Source of the DNA: Octopus sinensis
Lineage: Eukaryota
Direction of reading: 5' to 3'
DNA: 64,000 bases
Assembly (NCBI RefSeq): GCF_006345805.1
Contig: NC_043006.1
Location: 92,318,001 to 92,382,000, forward strand
Under the pieces are notes generated by a model that was not told where the DNA came from, did not search any database, and saw nothing but the letters and a program-made list of their open reading frames with translations. Both the position numbers and the translations under genes were made by a program. This document shows, piece after piece, positions 1 to 14,061 of the stretch (its first letter is position 1; the number at the start of each line of letters is the position of its first letter).

Positions 1-10
1 ATGTGAGTAC

Positions 11-64
<54 letters not shown>

Positions 65-115
65 GCGTGTGCGTGTATGTGCGTGTGTCTGTGTGTGTAT
101 GTGTTTGTGTGCGTT
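1..115. repeat. (TA)n/(TG)n microsatellite
   Basis: Direct dinucleotide runs at the window start. Confidence 0.9.
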
Positions 116-699
116 TAAATATTCTTGCATGTAATTCCTCGGGATATTTGTCTCTAATGGATTTTAAAAGAAACTAAAATTTGTTTCTATCTAACGATAA
201 CATACGGTTATAATTGTATTTAATAAGAAAGGAATGTGTTAGGAAAAGGATTTTGAGTAAAATTTTACTCTTCCTTCATTCAATGTCACTTCCAGTTTGC
301 TATATTTCGAGAACTACCTTTAGATATGGACACATTTACTTTTCAAACAACAGTCGAAATCTACGAGAAATTGACTTATACAGTACCTTGTCTGCAAAAG
401 TGAGAAGAAAAGATTGCTTTTGTTGACTTGACTTACGAAAGGAAAACGAGAAGAACACAAATATATAATTGAATAAAAGCCGTGTCAGCTAAATTTACAG
501 ATTTCGTGTACTAATGCAAATTCCGAGTGTTTATTGCAGACAGGCCAAGACACAAAACCATTATAATGGCTAAAATACGTTGATTTACTGTGGGATAAAA
601 CAAAATCATATGTATTCACAGTGTGTCATAAAATGATATAATACCGTTTGTGTGTGTATTTCTTTAAACAACGAACGAAATAACACAGACTCTCACGTT

Positions 700-985
700 T
701 ATGTATGTATGTGTGTACGTATGTGTGTATGTATGTATATATATGTATATATGTATGTAGGAATGTATGTATGTATGTATGTATGTATGTATGTATGTAT
801 GTATGTATGTATGTATCTATCTCTCTAGCTGTCTGTAAATCTTTCTTTTTGTATATATTGGTATGTGTATGCGTGGCGTTCGAGTGTGTGCTATATAAAA
901 ACACACACTGCACATAACGTATGTGCGTGTGTGTTTGTGTGTTTGTGTGTGTGTGTGTGTGTGTGCGTGCGTGCGTGTGTGTTTT
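700..985. repeat. (TATG)n and (TG)n microsatellites
   Basis: Visible TATG run ~765-815 and TG run ~925-980; source of the spurious YVCM/HTHT ORFs. Confidence 0.9.
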
Positions 986-1635
986 ATCAAGCACACATAC
1001 TTAACGTACGCGTACTGCGTATTTTTCGCTAGGCTGCAATAGCGAGGTGAAGAATTCTCTCTCAAAGCGCCGAATCTTAAAACTCCTAAAAGTGATGTAC
1101 ACAAATACACAAGGCATACACGTTACATATGTGTGGTCGATAATGCTTATTATTTCGTCGAGTACGAGCACTCGGTTATAATCCAAATTCAGATTAACTG
1201 CATTTGGTTGTAAGGGCTAGGATTAATTAGCGTAGGTAATTCCACTGCAATTCAACCAAAGAGTAAAATTCTGGATTTGCTTCGTTGGATTATAACTATT
1301 TCACGAATTCTATATCCAAGACCACAGTGGATATGAAGAGTTGGTATGGTACTTCCTGGTTAGAAATCTATGTCACATAACTTCTGTTTTTTCAAAGGTT
1401 TGATAAGTACTGTCTATATGCCAATGTTGTTCCCACTGCCAGCGAGCACTTCTTCAGCTTAGACACACCAAGGCATTTTCAAGAGATTGTTGACTTTATT
1501 ACCTCCTGTATTGCTTTCAGCCAAATACTTATTTTCATAATAATAGTTATTTGTTAATGACTATGTTACGCATTAACCTTTTGGACATCATTTTGCTTTA
1601 ACCAGTGGCATTGTTTATATACATATATATACACA

Positions 1636-2012
1636 TAGCAGTAGTGGCTGTGTGGTAAGTAGCTTGCTTACCAACCACATGGTTACGGGTTCAGTCCCAC
1701 TTCGTGGCACCTTGGGCAATTGTCTTCTACTATAGCCTTGTGAGTGAATTTGGTAGACGGAAACTGAAAGAAGCCCGTCGTATATAACATATGTATATAT
1801 GTGTGTGTGTTTGTGTGTCTGTGTTTGTCCCCGCAACATCACTTGACAACCGATGGTGGGGTGTTTACGTCCCCGTAGCTTAGCGGTTCGGCAAAAGAGA
1901 CCGATAAAATAAGTACTAGGCTTACAAAGATTAAGTCCTGGGGTCGATTTGCTCGGCTAAAGGCGGTGCCCAGCATGGCCGCAGTCAAATGAATGAAACA
2001 AGTAAAAGAGTA
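1636..2012 (+). mobile_element. tRNA-derived SINE, family A (near full length)
   Basis: A-box-like TGGCTGTGTGG, B-box-like GGTTCAGTCCC, internal TA/TG tract, tail ...GCAGTCAAATGAATGAAACAAGTAAAAGAG. Matches copies at 17952, 19578 and 40801. Confidence 0.9.
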
Positions 2013-5000
2013 ACACTATAAGGCGAACTTATGCGCAAGTTCCAGTAGCCGACTTCCACCGGGAAGTAGAGTGATGTCCAATGTGACGAACAGTGTGACC
2101 GGACTGAAAACAACTCGTTATAGCAGAGAATTACCTGCAACCGTCCTTTTAAAAATCATATCACATACATTACCGTTCCACTGGCATTAGTAGTGAAAAA
2201 ACAATGTGATCTCAAACGCCTACACCAACCATACAGAATATTTCAAGAATATTTCAAGAATATTTTTCTAGCCTTGAATCTACAGTTTCATTTTGGAGGA
2301 CGTTATCCCGGTTTCTAAGGTACCTATTTTTAGGAAACCCGCTAAAAAAGGATGCTTGGCCGTCTCAAGTTTAACGAAGCTACAATACGTGCTAATATTT
2401 CACTGGAGAAACTTAAAATGGTTGTGCCTTGCATAAAGAACAACACGTCCGCCAATCAAACAAATCACCAAATGATCTTCGGCGCATCATCCTTAACCTT
2501 CTCTATTTATGACGGAAACTTTCGAAATTTGATGAGTTGTACTATTTTTCTCCACCTTTCCATGCTTTCTTCGCTAGAAATCTGACTTTTTGTGGCAAAA
2601 ATATAATTTAAAATTAGATATTTTCCTGTATATTTTTCAATTATCTTCTAATGTTTTCTAATTATTATTTAAACATTCTTTCCCTATTTTTTAGGCCACC
2701 AACTAAAATTCTCTGTATATTTCCAATGCTCATCATTTATTTATTCCAGTGAGCCGGAGATCTATATTATCGGATTATTTCTTGCAATTTTCCAAAGCTT
2801 TCACTTAATTTATGCATCATTTTCCATACCTATTATTCCCCAATGATTTCAGTGTATTTATATGCAGAATCTCTAATGAATATATTTCGCCTAGAATAAT
2901 GTAGCGTTATTGAATTTTGACATGCATATATTTGCCTCCTTCTTTTCGAAACATTAATGATATTCCACCACCCCCTTCATCCCTTCAACCCTCTTTTGTA
3001 GAAAATATATGAACATAATGATTTTTATGAATACTCTGTTCATTATGTCACCTTAAAATTGTTAATTCGAAGTGTTCATGTGTTAATGAATGATGCTAAT
3101 AAACAAATTATTAAGTTTCAGGTTTGAACAGAAATGTTGCTTAGGTATTATTGAAGTATTCGTTAAAATACACATTTTAAAAATAAATTAATATAACAAA
3201 TTGCAAGTGAAATTCCCTCAAGAAATTACTCGAAGCTGAACGATTCACAAACAGCAAAACGCTTGCATAAATTTGGCTTTTCAGTAAGTTCTAGTCTCTC
3301 TCTCTCTCCCTCTTTCCTTCTCATATTCTCTCTCTCTCTCTCTCACTCTCTCTCCTCTCATCTCCCTCTCCCTTGTTTGACAACTAATTTGATTATGTAA
3401 ACTACTTCAGATTCAAAACCTGCAATTTTATGGCCAACACAAAATACACAAAAATAAGCCAAGAGCGACTAAAGGAGGTCCTGAGTGTGAAATCACAGCT
3501 TAAGTAATTTTACGGACAAACTATTGTAGCTCCATTTAAATTATATATAAAAAGTTACTCGAGATTAATTCAAAACAATTAATTTCGTTAAACAAAGGGA
3601 CACAAGCTGATTATTGTTTTCATTCATGTCAATTTTATATAGTAATATCCCTCACAATTAGGAAAACTTTGATTGTACATTAGCTAATATGACATCCCTT
3701 TCTCTTAAGACAGTAGGGTGAAAATAAACAGATGTTTGACTTCAATTTCTAGCTGGCTGTTCACAGTTGTAATTGATAGAGTAAACTTATGATTAAAGGC
3801 AACTTTCATCTTCCCATCCTTAGAGTTATTATTAACAGAAGAAACTTTACCAAAGGCTTACAGTACACAATCTATGCAACTGAGCCTCATAATGTAGCCC
3901 TATGGTGAACGATGTCCCTCTCTTCATGCTTCCACTTTTTCTTTAAGACAGCTGGGTTTCATTTGTTATATATTTGGTTACTTTTCCTAGCTGACCAATC
4001 AACGCAGTTATATAAACGATACTTGTTGATTTAAGCTATTGAATAGTGCTGCTAATTTTAAAGAAATATATGATGTCATTTACTAATTCTGCTCTGCAAT
4101 TTTAATTGCTATTATTTAAGACAAGCTGGCTGACGTTTAGCCCAATACTTTACAGCGAGTAACTCATGGAACAATGCAAACCAGTTTTTAGGATTTAATT
4201 AAAGATGTCCAATTCCACTTTCATACAAGACGTTTTCAACTTATATATCGGTGAATAAATGTATTTACCCAACGACTCTAGCGCAACATTCGACAATGAA
4301 TGGTATTGCTTTTTATGTAACAAGTTTAGTCCATGTAGGATAAGGAGTATGACAACAAAATAAGGTATGCATTTTCCTTTTTAATGTTGCAGCCATTGGA
4401 ACGCTATTTCTGCGAGTGGTTTACTCCTTCTTGTAGGCTGAGCGGCCATGGAACAAAAGACGTGCATTTCAGAAGTTAATGTAAAGTGATGTTACTTGCA
4501 TGCATAACTGGACATCACTCGTCTTATTCAAGGGAAAGCGTTTCAAGTAAGGGAAAGAAACATCTTTTCTTTACCAAAAGATTCATGTTTGCAATTCGGG
4601 AAACGTCATTGATCTGTATAAATTATTAGATTCTAAGAGAGCGACAAGACTAATCGTTTAGAAGAATGTTTTATTGAATAAACCAGCCTCGATGATTTTG
4701 TGATGATTGTGCAAACGAAGGCCTCGCAGCAAATGACGGAAGAATTCGACTTCCTTGGTTCTGAACTAAGAATGTATGTAGAGTCATAGTTCGTAGTTAA
4801 TTAATCCACAGGTCTACCAATAAGTCCAGTGCTACTTTCAGACAACACATAATTAATTTTCGTTTAGGATAATTTAAATGCATTCAGATTATGGAAGCAG
4901 GTAATATTCTATAAAATCCTTCATAGGAACTGCCTGTTTATTTTGTCAACCAACAGAAGAGAACATGTAAAGTTTGCACACTGCCTTCTGTCTGTGTATG

Positions 5001-5613
5001 TGTGAATGTATGTCCACACTGCCTGTTTCTTATTTTGTCAACCAGCCGCGAAGGAAAGGTAAAGTTGATCTTGTTAGGTATGCAACTGCCACGATGAATT
5101 TAGTCCAAACTTCTATACAGACATCATTGGCAATATTCACAATATATTTCGGTCTGAATCACTAAAAGCAAAATCAAATTTGCAACATGTATCTGAGCTT
5201 CTTCTTTTGCTTTCGTCATGCAATTACAAAATCGGAAGTGATAGCATTATAGACGATCAATGTGGTATAAATAAATGATCTTGATATGGAAATCAATAAA
5301 AAAAAATTGAATCGATTAATTGTGAATATTTCATTATTAATGTGTGTATGTAACAGTGTATGTGTTTCAATGTGCAACAACATGCCTTTTTCATTTTTCA
5401 TTTATTTGATCATGGTGGATTTTCGTAATCAAACGACCACGCGAATTATAAATGAGGATTTGGAGATGTATTGTATTTATAACAGTGTCGGTGAGCGCGG
5501 GCGAGTGTTTTTGTGTCGGTGTGTGTATTTGCATACACACACACGCACATACACACATGTAGAAACAAAAACACACATCTATAAAAGTATGATTATCAGT
5601 GACTAATTGCAAG

Positions 5614-5674
<61 letters not shown>

Positions 5675-5715
5675 CATATATATATATATGCATATATATA
5701 TATATATATCTATAT

Positions 5716-5754
<39 letters not shown>

Positions 5755-5755
5755 C
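5614..5755. repeat. (TA)n microsatellite
   Basis: About 140 bp of TA repeat. Confidence 0.95.
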
Positions 5756-6329
5756 ATCAATTAATAACGTATATTAATATGCATGAAATTTGTTGAGAAG
5801 GATTCAATTGTTGTTGAACCCACTAATGTGACGTCGTCATCCAATACAGATATGGCGGCGTTAATATATTCAGCCAGATATTTCCAGGTATTTATGAAAA
5901 AAGTGCTTTAGAAGCCACACACAGGTATTCAAATGTTCATGTCCGATTTGTGAACACAAAGCAATCAGTGCAATCGTATTTAAATTAATTAAATTAATTA
6001 GCAACATCTACCCCAACAACAACAACAATACTTTTTATATCACATCATCAACCTAAAATATTGCATTCACATTGCAACAGTAATGAAATTCCATTGTTAC
6101 AAAAATTTCAGAATTATTTCCTGGATCTGAGACGAATATGAAGGAAAATACGAAAAATCCTATGAAAATATTTACTTCAAGAATTTGCAATTTTCGAATC
6201 GAGTACACTGGAATTTAATCTTTTACTCGTTTGACGTATCCTTTTGCATGTCAAGGTATCATGCTGATAGGCTCCAATAGACATATATTCCAATGCACTT
6301 ATTTTTACTTCTGTAGACTCATTCGTTTA

Positions 6330-6572
6330 TTCTTTCATTCTTTTATTTGTTTCAGTCACTAGACTGCGACGCTGCTGGGGCACCACTTTCAGAGATTTTA
6401 GTCAAACGAAACGAACGAGTATTTATTCTATCGGTGGTTTTTGCAGAACCGCTTAGTAATGGGGACGTAAACACATCGCCTTTTGTCAATCAGTGGCGTG
6501 GAACAAATACAGGCGCAAAGACACACACATGCATACATACATACATACATACATACATAATACATATATACA

Positions 6573-6606
<34 letters not shown>

Positions 6607-6823
6607 CATACATACATATATATATATATATAAATATATACATATATACATATACATATATATATATATATATATACACAACGGGCTTCTGTCAGTTTCC
6701 GTCTACCAAATCAATTCAGGAAAGTTTGGTCAGTCCGAGACTATGCTACAAGAGACACAGTGGGACTGAACCCAGGAACATGAAGTTGGGAGGCAAACTT
6801 CTTACCACCACCACGCCTGCACC
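6330..6823 (-). mobile_element. SINE family A, diverged copy with expanded internal (TACA)n
   Basis: Reverse complement matches the family A head (GGGACTGAACCC) and tail (TGTTTCAGTCA); internal TACA/TA tract ~6525-6677. Confidence 0.8.
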
Positions 6824-7069
6824 TCACCTGCACTTTCTCCATATCATTTCGTCAATCACATTTAAAGCTGACCTCAGAACAAACATATGTAAAGCCTCGG
6901 AAATGCATGGACCGTTTCTAGCTGACAATATGAGAGACCATCAAATCCAGTGAAATCTATGAACATAAATATAAATGAAAACAAGATTAGAATATTCCTA
7001 GTTGTGAGGTATTCAACCTGCACAATATTCACTTATGAAACAACAACAAACGGAGATATAGCGAGATAT

Positions 7070-7437
7070 GATGGCACTCCGTCGGTTACGACGACGAGTG
7101 TTCCAGTTGATTCGATCAATGGAACAGCCTGCTCATGAAATTAACGTGCAAGTGGTTGAGCACTCCACAGGCATGTGTACCCTTAACATAGTTCTCGGGG
7201 TTATTCAACGTGACACAGAGTGTGACAAGGCTGGCCCTCTGAAATACAGGTACAACAGAAACAGGAAGAAAGAGTGAGAGAAAGTTGCGGTGAAAAAGTA
7301 CAGCAGGGCTCACCACCACGCCCTGCCGGAGCCTCGTGGAGTTTCAATAAACACTCACAACGCCCGGTCTAGGAATTGAAACCGTGATCCTGAGATCGCG
7401 AGTCCCCTGCCTTACCACTGGGCCATTGCGCCTCCAC
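7070..7437 (-). mobile_element. tRNA-derived SINE, family C
   Basis: Minus strand starts GTGGAGGCGCAATGGCCCAGTGGTAAGGCAG (A box TGGCCCAGTGG) with B box GGTTTCAATTCC. Confidence 0.8.
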
Positions 7438-7799
7438 TATATCGAGATACCTATGCAAGTAATCTACATGCTTAAAGACCCACAAATACATCACTCGGAG
7501 CAAGGACACTGTAAAATTTCAACTGATCTTATCAGTAGCAGAATGGAAGGAAAATAGCGTAAACTTCAATACTGATAGCGTCCACATCTTTTCAAATGAA
7601 CACATGAAACCAGAGTATTTGAAAGCGACACATATAACAGAAAACACCCACCTCTCCTAATAAAGATCTGACTCCACAACCTGTGTCAGTAGTTATAACT
7701 TATTCACAAATAAACCTTATCAATTCTAAGACCTTCAACAGAAATCAACATTATTAGACTCATGATACAAATGTTAGGAATGCGTAGTCTTAAAAAACA

Positions 7800-8460
7800 A
7801 AAACCTTATATTTACTTTAAAGGCCGAGAAAGATGAAGGTTTAAGTATTCTTAAACGTATAAAAGAAACACACGGATTTTGTTAGAAAATGCAGTGAGTT
7901 TCATAAATTTCAAGATTAAAAATACCACAAATTTATCGCAATGAAATAGAAACAGTGGCGAAGTTAGGAAATTCAGTGGAATAAAATGAAATCAATGTTT
8001 ACATTCCATTAGTCTGATAGAGGAATTTTACACATCAGTTACTGGGTACACTTTGTAAAACGCCTCAGAACTTGTTAAAACATTCATCAATATTAGTGAC
8101 ACTGATAGCGGCATAATAATTAAAGTCAGGAAATCACTTGTTTTACGCCGATTCCTATTGGGTCAAAAATGAAAGGAATGCGATGAACGTTTTGATGTCT
8201 CTATGAGCGGTTTCATCGGCATCGAAGTATGGAAAAACTATTCCAAGTGTGGAATCAAACGTAGCAGTAAATTTTCTGTCATTGATAAATGAATCATTTC
8301 TCCGCTAAATATAAATTGAATGAGTTACTGAATAAAAATAATTTAAATTTTGTTGCAGTTGAATGGAAAACATTACATCACAAACATACTGCGAAATCAA
8401 AGTTATGGAATTAGAGACGCCTCAATTTTATCGATTTAACATCAGGCTTTTGAGGTGAAC
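7800..8460 (+). pseudogene. Decayed Penelope-like element reverse transcriptase
   Basis: Frameshifted translations give EEFYTS (8020), INISDTDSGIIIKVRKSL, YWVK, FDVSMSGFIGIEV (8191-8229) and LNFIDLT. These follow the order of Penelope/Poseidon RT motifs (FDI.EFYPSI...ARKSLLF..WVK..FDVTMGSYDGAEV...VNFLDVT). Absent from the ORF track. Confidence 0.6.
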
Positions 8461-10209
8461 AAGACTAAACTATATTTTGCTTATGGCACCAAGAGAAACA
8501 GTATTGGCCTAACGGTCAGTACATTCGCAATAAAGTATATTATTTTCCAATTTCTCTAGATGCTGAAATATAATATATTCCACCATTTTCTATGAGGAGA
8601 TCTAGGATTTGCAGACCTGTAGGATTCGCGTTATAATAATAAAATATAGCATCACTGAAACTGCAGCCGCACATTTCAAAAGAACGAAGACTACTTAATG
8701 TATATCTGACTGAGATATACGACAGTTACATAAAAACAGATGTGCGAGTGCTTAGGCATATAAAAACGAATTCCTATGAGCAAACGTTTACAATTGAATA
8801 TCTTACAAGCAATTAAGTGCACAAGTATTATCTACCATCTATATTTCTATGTATATGTATACACACACACACACATATATATATGTATACACACACACAT
8901 ATATATATATGTATACACACACACACATATATATATATATGTACGTGTGTGTGTGTATTTATCTATTTAATTATCCCCTCCTCTTTCTCTCTCTATGCAT
9001 ATATGTATATATCATATAATGTACAGTGTATTAAAATATGAGGTATTAAGAATTTCACACCATTAAAACAGGTGGTTAGGCAGCTTTTATGACGTGACTT
9101 GAAAAAAGCTCTTCGAACCTGGCTTTTTTTCTATTTGAAAGCCAAGACGTTATTTCATGAGAAACCACTAGAAACACCAAGAAGGTCGATGCAAAAAGTA
9201 GAAAGAAAAGACGAAGGGTGAATAAAAATAATGGTGAGAGAATATAAGAGCTACGGTCCCTTTGACAGTAGACGCCTTCAGACCACATACGTGGCTAACC
9301 AGCTTAATGATTTTCCTTTTGTCGATGTTCCGGAAGGGAAGCTAGGGTTAGGGTTAGAGAAACTATTAATATCTCTTATTCTAATACAGTGTCTCTCAAT
9401 TTGTATTTATCTCTCACCGGATGATCTCCCACAAAATGATGGTTCCATTTAAACGTGTATGTGTGTGCATGTGTGTGCATGTGTATGTGTAAAATTCTAG
9501 AATGTTCCATACATAGAGAGTATATGGTTTATTGAAAGAGAAAATTTAGCTTCATTCTGACTATGTGGCTGTTTTTTCAGGCGAGAATATTCCACACCTG
9601 ACAATTATTAAAGCGCAAAACACAAGTCTAATACATACATGTATGCATACATACATACACACATGCGCACACACACACACATGAACGCACTCATATCATA
9701 TATATATAAACACTTCTGAGAGATAATTCTTACCGGCGGTGCATCTGCATGGCCGCTGCTCTGAGCTGAAAATATAGAGAAAAAAAAACACATACATAAT
9801 ATATTTATGGGTTTGAGTATGGTTGTGTACTGTCCTGTATAATGCACAATTTATAAGTGATATTTTAAACTCTATGCGTTCATGTAACGAAATACATTAC
9901 TACAGTCAATATCCAATGCAGAGCTATATACAAAAAAAGTATAAGAGCGCAAATATCAGCAGAGGTTTACATTTGACACCATGAAATGTGTTCCATTAAT
10001 GAATAAATACTGCATGCAAGGAACTAACTTACAATCAGATTACATCATCAGAGTTTGCAAAACAAATCAAATATTAGCTTTGAGAAAATTGACAATAACC
10101 CAATAATCATATTGTTTCCGAAGGATTTATATTCCATCGTGAATATGCATAAAAGTTTCCCTGAAAAGGACGAGGCGCTTGTACGAAAGCATTTACCATA
10201 TTGTAATAT

Positions 10210-10590
10210 ATTTCTTTACTGCCCACAAGGGGCTAAACATAGAGGAGACAAACAAGGACAGACAAAGGGATTAAGTCGATTACATCAACAGCAGTGTGAA
10301 ACTGGTACTTTATTTATCGACCCCGAAATGATGAAAGGCAAAGTCGACCTCGGCGGAATATGAACTCTGAACGTAACGACAGACGAAATACCTATTTCTT
10401 TACTACCCACAAGGGGCTAAACATAGAGGGGACAAACAAGGACAGACAAAGGGATTAAGTCGATTACGTCGAACCCGAAAGGATGAAAGGCAAAGTCGAC
10501 CTCGACGGAATTTGAGCTCAGAACGTAGCGGCAGACGAAATACCGCAAAGCGTTTCGACCGGCGCGCTAACGTTTCTGCCAGCTCGCCGC
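10210..10590 (-). mobile_element. Dimeric tRNA-derived SINE, family B, with ~19-bp TSD
   Basis: Head GCGGCGAGCTGGCAGAAACGTTAGC. Two tandem bodies (10393-10590 and truncated 10210-10392). Flanked by ATTTACCATATTG(T/C)AATAT at 10191-10209 and 10594-10612. Same family as 55815-56036. Confidence 0.9.
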
Positions 10591-10984
10591 TTTATTTACC
10601 ATATTGCAATATCGCTTATGATGAGTAGGCTAAAGGCTCCGTATTGCTGTTATTAGGGTATCAGCTGGCAAAGTCAATGACGTGGATAGGTATACCCATT
10701 TTATTAAAAATTAAGGGAACAGAAAGGTTTCCCTTTTCTCATTCTAAACGAAAGAAGTTGGTCAAAATTTCTGAACTCACACTCACAACTACGCAGGAGT
10801 CGATGCGACATACGCAGGTGGCGACACTTTGATTAATTTCGGTTACAAACGGAAAAGCGAAACCTTCTTCTCAGTATGGTCAATAAGATGGGTATACACA
10901 CACACGCACACGCACACACTCATAAATAAATACGCATACACATGCATACATGAACAGAGTTGCAAATAAACAGACACAGCTATG

Positions 10985-11345
<361 letters not shown>

Positions 11346-11392
11346 GACAGTACAAGAGGGCGATGGATGAGGAGAAAGTGAGAGAGAGAGCA

Positions 11393-11454
<62 letters not shown>

Positions 11455-12184
11455 CTTTTGTATTTGGAATAAGTGCTAAAGAAAAAGAGGGGAAAGGAGA
11501 GTTAAGAAGAAAATATATTTTTTGCTCTGCTGGACAGCATGCTTACTCCAAGGAGGGGTCTAAGATCTTGGGGGAAACGAATTTCAGTTTTCACAATTTC
11601 ATAGTGTTATTGAGTGTGTGATGGCGGGAGGTAATTATATTTCCTTTTTATCATTGTGAGAGAGTGCGTGTGTGTGTGTGTTTAATGAGGAATGGTCAAA
11701 TGGTTTTTTGGGTTTATGATTGTTTTGTGGAGGTGTGTGTGCGTGTGTGTGTGAGTGTGGGGGGTGTTTGTGAGTTTGGAGAAGGGAAGAAAGGAGAAGA
11801 GGGAAAAAAGGAGAAATAATTGTGTTGATATTTATACCACTATATATATATACACACATACACACACATATATATACTAAGTGCTCCACTATATTAAATT
11901 GTAAATCTGTCCTTCACTGTATGATGAGTAAAATTTCATAAAGTCCATACTTGAAAAAGAGACTCTCTTGTTTTGAAGTTACAAATGACAGAATACAAAC
12001 TGACAACTACTGATCTTCAATTGATTTAGTCTAATATCTCACTGATTGACAGCTAAATAAATATTAAGTTTTGTCATACAGGAGCAACTGGTTCCACAAA
12101 TTAAAGTGAAATGGTTTCATTCAAATATTAGAATATCCTTTGTTCAATGTTGTATTTTCAAATACCTAAACATATGTGTAGAAC

Positions 12185-12215
12185 TGTGTGTGTGTGAGTG
12201 TGTGTGTGTGTGAGT

Positions 12216-12283
<68 letters not shown>
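12185..12283. repeat. (TG)n microsatellite
   Basis: About 100-bp TG run abutting the piggyBac TTAA. Confidence 0.95.
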
Positions 12284-12285
<2 letters not shown>

Positions 12286-12287
12286 AA

Positions 12288-13374
12288 CCCTTTCGTTACC
12301 AAACCGCCCGAAACCGCCCGAAAACAATTTTGGTTAAGGTGACCAAACCGCCAAAAGCCGCCCGAATTTACCTATTCATATTTAAATGAGAATATCAGAG
12401 CAAATCTCTTTAGTACATTCGTGAAAATACGTATTGTACTTCGTAAAGAGTTCAACTACAGTTTTGTACAAAACTCGAAGTGTAATTTTAATTCTGTGAA
12501 TTTTGGGAGATTTTTTTCCGAAATTTGTTCCTATTGTGTTTTCAAAATTTGTAATTCTGACAAAAAATGGATACGAATTTCATTATATCAAGTAGCGAGT
12601 TAGAATTCGAAGGATTTTCTACTGAAGACCTTCATAAATCTAACTCTATGACTGAAAAAAAAAAGCATGTGGTATTTGATAATGAATCTGATGTTTCATT
12701 TTCCGAAAGTGAAAACAGTGAATCCGAGTGCTCCGACAGCGATAAAGAAAATGAATTGGCACCTGAATGGAGTGAAAATTTAAAAACTGTTTCTTTCGGT
12801 GATTTTTCTGAAGAAACTGGACCAAGCCACAGACTTTCCCAGAAGAGTAAAGCCTTAGACTATTTCTTTTTACTTTTTCGAATGAGCCTATTTGAAATCA
12901 TTACGACGGAAGCGGAACGTTATGCTAAACGTAAACAAAACGAAAGAAAGGATAGTTAGTGGTTTCCCATAACCTTAAATGAAATTAAGTCTATTTTGCC
13001 ATAAATATTATTATGGGTATCAGAAAGTTAATCAGAATAACAAATTCTATCGTAAAATTTTGTTGTATACCCAATTGAATATTAGCTAATAACCCATTTT
13101 CTATAGCGATGTTTGAATAAGATTTTAATAATTTTATATTTTGTTGAATTTACCTGTATCTACCTGCAATTAGAGTCACTTTGTGACAAAAATTATAGTA
13201 TAGAATTGGTTGAGAACATTTCTTTTAAATTATCTTCCAAAATTCACGTTAAGATATTGATAAATAAAAAAGTTATAGTTGTTTAATGAAACCAGACTAA
13301 ATTTATGATTATGTTAGAAATTAATTGAAACACATAAGGGGTGTATTTTGGTCAGAAATATAGTAACGAAAGGG
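12288..13374 (+). mobile_element. Non-autonomous piggyBac element (internal deletion)
   Basis: TTAA at 12284-12287 and 13375-13378. 12-bp terminal inverted repeats (TIRs) CCCTTTCGTTAC/GTAACGAAAGGG. Subterminal AAACCGCCCG repeats at 12301-12323. Confidence 0.93.
12567..13035 (+). pseudogene. piggyBac transposase N-terminal fragment (PGBD-like)
   Basis: Acidic N-terminus (FEGFSTED...SDSDKENE), GPSH...ALDYFFLLF..SLFEIITTEAERYA, then after a stop WFPITLNEIK and AINIIMGI. Catalytic DDD region absent. Confidence 0.8.
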
Positions 13375-13399
13375 TTAATACAGTTTACTTAGCAAATTT

Positions 13400-13900
13400 G
13401 GTCCTTCATCTGGTACAGCTTATTATAGAGCTATTTTCAGCCATTTAATTTGGGGGAGAACTTAGTTATGAAATATTTTTCCATATTCTTCCTGAAGGAG
13501 GTGTCGTTCTTTGGACATTTGTAGAAGGGAAAGATCTTAAAATTTCCTTCTCCACATGTAGCTAGGTGTGTACTCAGTGGTATCTTGCGCAGTTCTTCCT
13601 GTCGAACATGTTGTCGGTGAATCCTGGCTCGTTGGCACAAAGAATTTCCAGTTTCACGTAAGTAATCCTCCTTGCACGTGGGGCAGGTTATGCAGTATAT
13701 TACGTTCTGCGTCTTGCAGTTCATATCTGCATTTACTTTAAATATGTGACCACTTTTAAATTTCATTTCTTTGTCTCCCTCTATGTATTTATAGGTGGGG
13801 TTGCTGCAGATCCCACATCTACCATCTCAGCACTCTTTTACAAAGAATTCAGTTTTAGTTTCTGATGAGAATTTCACTCTTGTTAGATGTTTCTTTAGGT
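13400..13900 (-). pseudogene. Penelope-like element GIY-YIG endonuclease C-terminus
   Basis: ORF 13437-13766: NVIYCITCPTCKEDYLRETG...RARIHRQH...IPLSTHLATC...EKYFITKFSPKLN. Upstream Cys motif EC*DGRCGIC. Typical of PLE GIY-YIG domains with a Zn-binding insert. Confidence 0.88.
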
Positions 13901-13990
13901 TTTTGTCGTATCGGCTACTGTTATATATATATACACATGTCGATATATATACGCAACTCGCATACATATATATTAAAACGCACGTACATA

Positions 13991-14048
<58 letters not shown>

Positions 14049-14061
14049 GTCTTTTCTATAA

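Noticed and set aside
626-994. ORFs rich in YI/HT/CV/YVCM (also ~5400, 6430, 11000, 29200, 41460-41900, 54540-55430)
   Set aside because: They are translations of TA, CA, TG, TATG or TCTA microsatellites, not genes.
1400-1470. VLSI...PTASEHFFS resembling the hAT dimerisation motif
   Set aside because: Short, needs a frameshift, and no other transposase motifs or TIRs were found.
9231-9310. CTGAAGG...GGAC-CGTAGCTC on minus, vaguely HHR-like
   Set aside because: It would need a core substitution plus deletion of GAAAC; too speculative without a consensus.
13862-13868. CTGATGA motifs at 13862, 23564, 55078 (minus) and 58816
   Set aside because: No stem II/GAAA/GUH/stem I geometry; two lie within TE coding remnants.
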